64,000 nucleotides of DNA, from positions 96,001 through 160,000 of the forward strand of contig JBPOGF010000003.1 in assembly GCA_051251915.1 (NCBI GenBank). Direction: 5' to 3'. This document shows, piece after piece, positions 56,780 through 64,000 of this stretch (positions within the stretch are counted from its first letter, which is position 1; each line of letters begins with the position of its first letter). Source of the DNA: Akkermansiaceae bacterium. Its GTDB lineage: Bacteria > Verrucomicrobiota > Verrucomicrobiia > Verrucomicrobiales > Akkermansiaceae. The notes beneath the pieces were generated by a model. It was not told the DNA's origin and did not search any database. It worked only from the letters and a program-made list of their open reading frames with translations. A program made the position numbers and the translations under genes.

Positions 56780-58165
56780 ATGATAGAGGTTAAGAAAATA
56801 TGTTGTATCGGAGCAGGCTATGTAGGTGGACCTACGATGGCTATGATAGCTGCTAAGTGTCCTGATATTGAAGTGAGTGTGGTGGACATTAATGAAGCTA
56901 GAATTGCCGCATGGAATTCTGATGAACTGCCGGTTTACGAGCCTGGTCTTGATGAGATAGTGCAGGGGTCTAGGGGTAAGAATTTGTTTTTCTCAACGAA
57001 GGTAGATGAAGCGATTGTGGATGCGGACATTATTTTTGTTTCTGTGGGTACGCCGACTAAGACTTATGGAGCTGGTGCAGGTAAAGCTGCTGATTTAGTT
57101 TACATTGAGGGTGCTGCTAGGATGATAGCTAAGGTTGCAAAGGGGCCTAAGATTATAGTGGAGAAAAGTACGATTCCTGTGAGGACCGCAGAGGCGCTAA
57201 AGACTATCCTAGAGGCGAACTCTGAAGAGGGGTCTTTTCAGGTGCTTTCGAATCCGGAATTTCTTGCAGAGGGGACAGCGATCGATGATTTAAGTTCTCC
57301 AGATAGAATTTTGATAGGAGGTGACCCATGTGCTGAGGGACAAGCGGCGGTAGCCGCATTGGCGAGTGTGTATGGAACATGGATTCCGGATGAGCGGATT
57401 ATTAGGACGAATTTATGGTCATCTGAGTTATCTAAACTGGTAGCGAATGCGTTTTTGGCGCAGCGAATTTCTTCGATCAATTCGATTTCTGCTCTTTGTG
57501 AAAGGACTGAGGCTGATGTTGACGAGGTGGCGAATGCGATAGGGATGGATTCAAGGATTGGGCCTAAGTTTTTGAAAGCGTCAGTTGGCTTTGGTGGTTC
57601 TTGTTTTCAGAAAGACCTATTAAACTTGGTTTATCTGAGCGGTCACTTTGGGTTGCCTGAGGTTGCTGATTACTGGCAGGCGGTCATTAATATGAATGAG
57701 TGGCAGAAGGAAAGATTTTCAACGAAGATTGTGCAGACGTTATTTAATACTGTAAGAGGTAAGAAAATAGGGATCTGGGGGTTTGCATTTAAGAAGGATA
57801 CGAATGATACACGAGAGTCTGCAGCGATCTATGTTTGTCGAGATCTTATCGCGGAGGGGGCTAATGTCGCGATCTACGATCCGCAAGTGGGAGCAGAGCA
57901 GATTTTGTTTGATCTGGAATATTTGGGGATTGAGCGTGAGCAATTAGAGAAGCAAATTACGTTTTGTGATTCGTGTGAAGAAGCAGCTAAAGACGCTCAC
58001 GGAGTGGCTGTTCTTACTGAATGGGATGAGTTTAAGACGGTTGATTATAAGAAGATTTATGATGAAATGTTTAAGCCTGCATTCTTATTTGATGGTCGAA
58101 ATATTATAGATGCTTCTGCAGTTAGGAAAGTTGGGTTTAATTTTTACTCAATTGGAAAAGGTTAA
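56780..58165 (+). CDS. ugd: UDP-glucose 6-dehydrogenase
   Basis: [46 protein letters not shown]. Confidence 0.96.
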   Translation: MIEVKKICCIGAGYVGGPTMAMIAAKCPDIEVSVVDINEARIAAWNSDELPVYEPGLDEIVQGSRGKNLFFSTKVDEAIVDADIIFVSVGTPTKTYGAGAGKAADLVYIEGAARMIAKVAKGPKIIVEKSTIPVRTAEALKTILEANSEEGSFQVLSNPEFLAEGTAIDDLSSPDRILIGGDPCAEGQAAVAALASVYGTWIPDERIIRTNLWSSELSKLVANAFLAQRISSINSISALCERTEADVDEVANAIGMDSRIGPKFLKASVGFGGSCFQKDLLNLVYLSGHFGLPEVADYWQAVINMNEWQKERFSTKIVQTLFNTVRGKKIGIWGFAFKKDTNDTRESAAIYVCRDLIAEGANVAIYDPQVGAEQILFDLEYLGIEREQLEKQITFCDSCEEAAKDAHGVAVLTEWDEFKTVDYKKIYDEMFKPAFLFDGRNIIDASAVRKVGFNFYSIGKG

Positions 58166-58179
58166 TAGAAAATAGAAGA

Positions 58180-59121
58180 ATGTCGAAGAAAATACTAATT
58201 ACGGGTGGAGCTGGATTCTTAGGGTCAAACCTATGTGAGCGACTGTTGAATGAAGGAAATAAAATTTATTGTTTAGATAATTTTTATACAGGGTTTAAGA
58301 AAAATGTTGCACATCTGTTAGATCATCCGGATTTTGAGATGATCGAACATGATGTGGTTGAGCCGTTTGATAAGTTAAATCTCGATGTGGATCAGATTTA
58401 TAATTTAGCGTGTCCCGCATCACCGCCACATTATCAGCAAGATCCATTGTTTACAACGAAGACGTCGATTTTTGGCGTGATCAATTGTCTTGAGTTGGCG
58501 AGAAAGAATGGAGCTAGAGTATTCCAGGCCTCTACATCAGAAGTGTATGGAGATCCACTGGTGCATCCTCAGCCAGAGAGTTACTGGGGTAGTGTGAATC
58601 CAATCGGGATTCGATCTTGTTATGATGAGGGTAAGCGTGTTGGCGAGACGTTGATGTTTGATTATCATCGTCAGCATGGTGTTGATATCCGAATCGTTAG
58701 AATTTTTAATACCTATGGACCTAGAATGAATCCAGAGGATGGTCGTGTGGTTTCTAACTTTATCGTGCAGGCTCTGAGAGGTGAAAATATCACTATTTAT
58801 GGAGATGGTGAGCAGACTCGTTCATTCTGCTATGTGGATGATCTATTAGAAGGTTTTGTTAGACTGATGAATCAGGATGAAACCACAGGGCCGATCAATA
58901 TAGGAAATCCAGGAGAATTTACCATGCTGGAGTTAGCAGAGAAAATTTTGGAAAAAGTAGACAGCAAATCAACTCTCACATTTCATCCCCTACCAGGAGA
59001 TGATCCTAAGCAACGAAAGCCAGATATTACCCTAGCTAAGAAGTTTTTGGATTGGGAGCCTAAGGTTAATCTAGACGGGGGCCTAGATAAAGCCATCGCT
59101 TATTTTAGTTCCGTTATTTAA
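58180..59121 (+). CDS. UDP-glucuronate decarboxylase (UDP-xylose synthase)
   Basis: [42 protein letters not shown]. Confidence 0.95.
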   Translation: MSKKILITGGAGFLGSNLCERLLNEGNKIYCLDNFYTGFKKNVAHLLDHPDFEMIEHDVVEPFDKLNLDVDQIYNLACPASPPHYQQDPLFTTKTSIFGVINCLELARKNGARVFQASTSEVYGDPLVHPQPESYWGSVNPIGIRSCYDEGKRVGETLMFDYHRQHGVDIRIVRIFNTYGPRMNPEDGRVVSNFIVQALRGENITIYGDGEQTRSFCYVDDLLEGFVRLMNQDETTGPINIGNPGEFTMLELAEKILEKVDSKSTLTFHPLPGDDPKQRKPDITLAKKFLDWEPKVNLDGGLDKAIAYFSSVI

Positions 59122-59137
59122 TTTCTATACAAGACTT

Positions 59138-60217
59138 ATGAAACGAATATTCATTTCAGGTTGTTACGATATTATCCATGCTGGTCATATCCAGTTTTTT
59201 GAAGAGGCTAGGGCCTTAGGCGATCATCTTACGGTATGCTTTGCATCAGATGATGTGCTTTGGGAGCATAAACAACGCAGGAGTTCACTGCCCGAGGATC
59301 ATAAGGAGGCTCTGTTACGTGAGCTCAGGGTAGTAGATGATGTTGTTGTTGGTCGCAATTCTGAGTTAGGATTGGATTTCAAAGATCATTTTTTGGAGAT
59401 CAAACCGGACTATTTAGTGGTCACGGAGGATGATAATTATGCTCAGATCAAGAAAGATCTATGTGCTGAGATCGGAGCTATCTATAAAGTGTTACCGAAA
59501 ACGCCACCGAGATTTGCTCCTGTGTCTACCTCTGGTATCGTGCGCTGGGTGAAGGCTCCTACAGAGGCACCGCTTCGTGTGGATTTTGCTGGTGGCTGGT
59601 TAGACGTCCCGCGTCATTCTCTAGCTGGTAAGTTTATAGTGAACTGCACTATTTCACCTTTGGTGAGTCTGAGGAAATGGGATTATGAGAAGAAGTCAGG
59701 TCTAGGAGGTAGTGGAGCATGGGCTCTACTCAATGGTCGTGACGGTGTAGAAGCAGAATTAGATCTAGGCGTAGGTTGGCAAGACCCAGCAGTGATCAAA
59801 GAGACTGGTCTATGTGTCTGGCGAAGTGGGCAGATGCCGGAATTGGACTTCAAAAGAAATGGAGGCATGCTCGAAGGAAAGATGGCTATTCTCTGGACTG
59901 GTAGTGATCATGATACCCCAGGAGCGGTGGATCTAGAGAGAAACTACGCGAAGATCGCAGACTCTGCTGACCTAGCGCGTGAAGGAGTCTTAGCTGCAGA
60001 CATTCTTAAACTATCTGAGGGTGTGAGCTTGTATTACGAAATGCAACTCGAAGAAAAAATGACTCCCCTACGAGTTATCGATGGAGAGATTGCAAAAAAA
60101 TACTGTGGCGGCGGTTTCGGTGGCTACGCATTGTATTTATTCGAATCTAAAGTAGCTCGAGACACAGCTGTAAATGCTATTGTAGAACTTAGAGTTGTAG
60201 AACCTTATATCAAATAA
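59138..60217 (+). CDS. Cytidylyltransferase-family domain fused to a shortened GHMP sugar-kinase domain
   Basis: [11 protein letters not shown] (HxGH); [34 protein letters not shown]. Confidence 0.8.
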   Translation: MKRIFISGCYDIIHAGHIQFFEEARALGDHLTVCFASDDVLWEHKQRRSSLPEDHKEALLRELRVVDDVVVGRNSELGLDFKDHFLEIKPDYLVVTEDDNYAQIKKDLCAEIGAIYKVLPKTPPRFAPVSTSGIVRWVKAPTEAPLRVDFAGGWLDVPRHSLAGKFIVNCTISPLVSLRKWDYEKKSGLGGSGAWALLNGRDGVEAELDLGVGWQDPAVIKETGLCVWRSGQMPELDFKRNGGMLEGKMAILWTGSDHDTPGAVDLERNYAKIADSADLAREGVLAADILKLSEGVSLYYEMQLEEKMTPLRVIDGEIAKKYCGGGFGGYALYLFESKVARDTAVNAIVELRVVEPYIK

Positions 60218-60219
60218 AA

Positions 60220-61341
60220 ATGACTATGAAAAAAGCACTAATCACAGGTGTAACTGGACAAGACGGATCTTATTTAGCTGAGTTCCTGTTAGAAAAAGGT
60301 TACGAAGTTCACGGTATTAAGCGAAGAGCATCTTCTTTCAATACCCAGAGAGTGGATCATATCTATCAAGATCCACATATTGAGAACTCTAGATTCCATC
60401 TTCATTATGGCGATCTAACAGATTCTTCAAACCTTACTCGTATTCTTAGCGAAGTACAACCTGATGAAGTCTATAACTTAGGAGCTCAGTCCCATGTAGC
60501 TGTTTCATTTGAATCACCGGAATACACAGCGGATGTAGATGCAATCGGCACTCTACGTTTGTTAGAGGCGATCCGCTTCTTAGGTTTGGAGAAGAAGACT
60601 AAGTTTTATCAAGCGTCGACCTCGGAACTTTATGGTGAAGTGCAGGAGATTCCGCAAAAGGAGACAACTCCGTTCCACCCACGTTCGCCTTACGCGGTGG
60701 CAAAAATGTATGCGTATTGGATCGCTGTGAATTATCGTGAATCCTACGGCATCTATGCTTGTAATGGGATTCTATTCAACCACGAGTCACCGAGACGTGG
60801 AGAAACATTTGTAACCAGAAAAATAACGCGTGCGCTCGCTAATATTTCACAAGGTCTAGAGAAATGCCTCTACTTAGGAAACATGGATGCACTACGTGAC
60901 TGGGGACACGCGAAGGACTACGTTCGGATGCAGTGGATGATGTTGCAACAAGATGCTCCAGAAGATTTTGTGATTGCGACAGGTAAACAGATTTCGGTGA
61001 GAGAATTTGTTAAAATGAGCGCTTCGGAAGCTGGTATTGAGTTAGCGTTTACTGGAGAAGGTGTGGACGAGATAGCCACGGTGACAAAGGTTGACAAATC
61101 GATCGCTAATTCAGTGGAAGTGGGTGATGTCATTGTGAAAGTGGATACTCGTTACTTTAGACCTGCAGAAGTAGAGACTCTCTTGGGAGATCCTACTAAG
61201 GCAAAAGAAAAGTTGGGATGGGTACCTGAGATTACTGTGGAGGAAATGTGTGCGGAGATGGTGGCAAATGATATTGATCACGCACGTAGACACGCTCTCT
61301 TGAAATCTCACGGACACGCAGTATCTGTGGCAGTAGAATAA
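60220..61341 (+). CDS. gmd: GDP-mannose 4,6-dehydratase
   Basis: [42 protein letters not shown]. Confidence 0.98.
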   Translation: MTMKKALITGVTGQDGSYLAEFLLEKGYEVHGIKRRASSFNTQRVDHIYQDPHIENSRFHLHYGDLTDSSNLTRILSEVQPDEVYNLGAQSHVAVSFESPEYTADVDAIGTLRLLEAIRFLGLEKKTKFYQASTSELYGEVQEIPQKETTPFHPRSPYAVAKMYAYWIAVNYRESYGIYACNGILFNHESPRRGETFVTRKITRALANISQGLEKCLYLGNMDALRDWGHAKDYVRMQWMMLQQDAPEDFVIATGKQISVREFVKMSASEAGIELAFTGEGVDEIATVTKVDKSIANSVEVGDVIVKVDTRYFRPAEVETLLGDPTKAKEKLGWVPEITVEEMCAEMVANDIDHARRHALLKSHGHAVSVAVE

Positions 61342-61349
61342 CTTGAATC

Positions 61350-62294
61350 ATGAGCAAAAAGTTACTTATATTTGGTGCAAGAGGTATGGTGGGATCAGCG
61401 CTTGTGAGAGCAGCTGAAGCGCGGGGTGTGACAGAGACTTTGACACCTACGAGTGCGGAGTTGGATTTATGTAATCAAGCGGACACTGAGGCTTACCTAG
61501 CAGAGCATCAACCAGACGAAGTTATCGTTGCTGCGGCTAAGGTGGGTGGGATCCATGCGAATAGCACTTATCCAGCTGACTTTATTTACATCAACTTGAT
61601 GATTGCTGCGAATACGATACATGGCTCATTTAAGGCGGGGGTGAAACGGTTACTATTTTTAGGAAGTTCATGTATTTATCCGAAGTTAGCACCACAACCA
61701 ATGGCAGAGTCGTGCCTTCTGACTAGTGATCTAGAGCCTACGAATGAAGCTTATGCAATTGCTAAGATAGCAGGCTTGAAGCTGTGTGAATTTTACCGCA
61801 AGCAATACGGAGTGCTCTACCATTCTGCGATGCCGACCAATCTTTATGGGCCTGGTGATAATTATCATCCTGAGAACTCACATGTTATCCCAGCTATGAT
61901 TAGACGGTTTCATGAGGCGAAGGTGGCAGGTCTGGATATGGTGCAGATCTGGGGGACAGGAACACCGAAGAGAGAATTTCTTTATGTGGAAGATTTAGCA
62001 GATGCTTGCTTCCATTTACTTGATCTAGATTCACCGCCAGATTTGGTAAATATGGGCTATGGTGATGATGTGAGTATTTTAGAGTTAGCGAAGACGGTGG
62101 CGAAGACGGTGGGTTTTGAAGGTGAGATCACTACTGATCCTAGCAAGCCTGATGGGACTCCTAGGAAGTTGATGGATAACGCTATTCTGCGATCATTGAA
62201 CTGGTCACCCAACATTGAGCTAGAACAAGGTCTGGTAAAAGCTTATGAAGATTTTAAAACATCATACAGTAACGAAACTATCAGATCGAAGTAA
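61350..62294 (+). CDS. fcl: GDP-L-fucose synthase
   Basis: [47 protein letters not shown]. Confidence 0.96.
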   Translation: MSKKLLIFGARGMVGSALVRAAEARGVTETLTPTSAELDLCNQADTEAYLAEHQPDEVIVAAAKVGGIHANSTYPADFIYINLMIAANTIHGSFKAGVKRLLFLGSSCIYPKLAPQPMAESCLLTSDLEPTNEAYAIAKIAGLKLCEFYRKQYGVLYHSAMPTNLYGPGDNYHPENSHVIPAMIRRFHEAKVAGLDMVQIWGTGTPKREFLYVEDLADACFHLLDLDSPPDLVNMGYGDDVSILELAKTVAKTVGFEGEITTDPSKPDGTPRKLMDNAILRSLNWSPNIELEQGLVKAYEDFKTSYSNETIRSK

Positions 62295-62372
62295 GGCTAT
62301 AGGTTGAGATATAGAAAGTAGTCAGAGAAAAGGTCTAAGTGACACATTGTTAAATTATTAATAATTCCTAAA

Positions 62373-63128
62373 GTGACTCCATTACAAACAGTAAAAGTTC
62401 TCAACCTAGACATTGCGGTTGTGACCAAGAGCTCTGCAGCTGCACAGGCAGAGTCATGGGCCATGAAGGGTGATCGCGCTTATGCGATCGAAGCGGCAGA
62501 TGTACATGTTGTCACACGAGCTCGACACGAGACTGCGTTTGGTCAATGCATGGATAAGTTTGACATGATCTGTCCAGATGGAATGCCCATACTATGGAGC
62601 GCAAACCGCCAGCTTGAAAAGGTGGATAGAATGCCAGACAGAGTGTGTGGAGCAGATTTGATGCAGGAGGTGATGAGTCAAACTACAAAGAAGAGATCCG
62701 GTAGTCATTTTCTGTTAGGAGGTAAAGAAAGTACGCTTGCCACTTTGGAAGAAACATTACCTATAAAAGTAGCAGGAGTAGAAATAGCTGGCAGTTATTC
62801 ACCTCCGTTCGGTGAGTGGCCATCGGATGAGTTCGAACGAATTTGTAGTAAGATCATAGCATCCGGTGCTTCTCATATTTGGGTTGGGCTGGGGTGCCCA
62901 AAGCAAGAACGTTGGATCTCTGAGTACAAAGCCAAACTCCCTGCTGGTTGTTATTATGGTGTGGGGGCGGCCTTTGCATTTCATGCAGGTGAAATACCTA
63001 GAGCACCACGGGTGTTTCAAAAGACAGGAACGGAGTGGTTATACCGTCTGGTTAGAGAGCCCCGGAGGCTTTGGAGACGTTATTTTACGTACAATAGCTT
63101 ATTTATTAAATATACTTTTCTAGATTAA
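62373..63128 (+). CDS. WecB/TagA/CpsF family glycosyltransferase
   Basis: PDGMP, RVCGADL, VGLGCPKQE, GVGAAF, EWLYRL..EPRRLWRRY. Confidence 0.93.
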   Translation: MTPLQTVKVLNLDIAVVTKSSAAAQAESWAMKGDRAYAIEAADVHVVTRARHETAFGQCMDKFDMICPDGMPILWSANRQLEKVDRMPDRVCGADLMQEVMSQTTKKRSGSHFLLGGKESTLATLEETLPIKVAGVEIAGSYSPPFGEWPSDEFERICSKIIASGASHIWVGLGCPKQERWISEYKAKLPAGCYYGVGAAFAFHAGEIPRAPRVFQKTGTEWLYRLVREPRRLWRRYFTYNSLFIKYTFLD

Positions 63129-64000
63129 TGAAAAACAATCAGAATGTTCTAGTAGTTGGTGGAGCCGGCTACATTGGCAGTCATTGCGTGAGGCAACTTC
63201 TAAAAGCCGGCTATCAGCCTGTGATATTGGATAATTTAGTCTTTGGTCATCGCCAAAGTGTTCCAGAAAATGTTTCATTCGTGGAGGGTGATTTAGGGGA
63301 CAAGGAACTCGTAAAAGCTGTATTGAATGATCACGATATCGATGTGGTAATGCACTTTGCTGCTTATGCATTTGTGGGGGAATCTGTAGAAAAGCCGCTT
63401 AAGTACTATGAAAATAACGTGGGTAAAACCATAGCACTATTACAAACAATGTGTGAGAGTAATGTGAGGAAGTTCATATTTTCTTCTACTTGTGCTAGTT
63501 ATGGTATTCCAGAGACATTACCAATTAATGAAGAATTGTCCCAAGTGCCAATTAATCCATATGGACAAACGAAGCTGGATGTAGAAAATCTACTCAAATC
63601 TCTAGCGGCGAATAGCGAGATGTCTTCAGCAGTGTTTCGTTATTTCAATGCTGCTGGTGCGGCATCTGATGGTAGCATTGGTGAGCAGCATGATCCAGAA
63701 ACACACCTCATCCCCTTAGCCATTGAGGCCGCTACTGGTTTACGTCCAGCGCTTAAGGTATTTGGCACGGATTATGAGACTCCAGATGGAACGTGTTTGA
63801 GAGATTATGTGCATGTTGATGACTTGTCACGAGCTCATATTGCATCAATTAGCTTATTTGGCGAATCCGTCGGATTTAGGCATTACAATCTAGGAACTGG
63901 AAACCCGACGTCGGTAAAAGAAATTATCGATACCGTGGAGAAAGTCACAGGCTTACCTGTTCCTCACGAGAATGCGGCAAGACGAGCAGGAGATCCCCCT
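63128..64000 (+). CDS. galE: UDP-glucose 4-epimerase, truncated at the window end
   Basis: Manual translation MKNNQNVLVVGGAGYIGSH...HFAAYAFVGESV..PLKYY.NN...FSSTC...PINPYGQTK...RYFNAAGA. Not in the ORF track. Confidence 0.95.
   Translation, partial: MKNNQNVLVVGGAGYIGSHCVRQLLKAGYQPVILDNLVFGHRQSVPENVSFVEGDLGDKELVKAVLNDHDIDVVMHFAAYAFVGESVEKPLKYYENNVGKTIALLQTMCESNVRKFIFSSTCASYGIPETLPINEELSQVPINPYGQTKLDVENLLKSLAANSEMSSAVFRYFNAAGAASDGSIGEQHDPETHLIPLAIEAATGLRPALKVFGTDYETPDGTCLRDYVHVDDLSRAHIASISLFGESVGFRHYNLGTGNPTSVKEIIDTVEKVTGLPVPHENAARRAGDPP

Noticed and set aside
1..64000. tRNA or rRNA genes
   Set aside because: No cloverleaf or rRNA signature seen by eye; tRNAscan-SE and barrnap were not run.

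Overview
Bacterial chromosomal window, most likely Verrucomicrobiota (Rubritalea-like). The taxon is inferred from PEP-CTERM proteins, DUF1080/ThuA/PVC-type cytochrome genes and long attC-type repeats. Ordinary content: TonB receptor (partial) with a divergent two-component system, sucAB, a glycosyltransferase/DUF547 cluster, CotH/DUF4956, modABC, NhaC, a ThuA/propeller/penta-heme cytochrome cluster, a sulfatase, queE, several TPR proteins, and the start of a polysaccharide locus (RfaH-like gene, ops element, ugd, uxs, gmd, fcl, galE). The most unusual region is 40.7-43.8 kb: an integrase-less integron cassette array whose attC sites are interrupted by three decayed group II intron remnants. 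Its cassettes include a hybrid RelB/DinJ-MazF toxin-antitoxin pair and a membrane-anchored lipoyl domain. Other signals absent from the ORF track: two tandem paralogous 45-46 aa lipoproteins ending in Cys, a PEP-CTERM gene flanked by a 73-bp duplication of a neighbouring gene end, dispersed CACG(A/G)A triplet repeats, tandem operator sites beside a GAFTGA-less NtrC-type regulator, and strong G/T strand skew. All family calls are by eye; no database searches were run.
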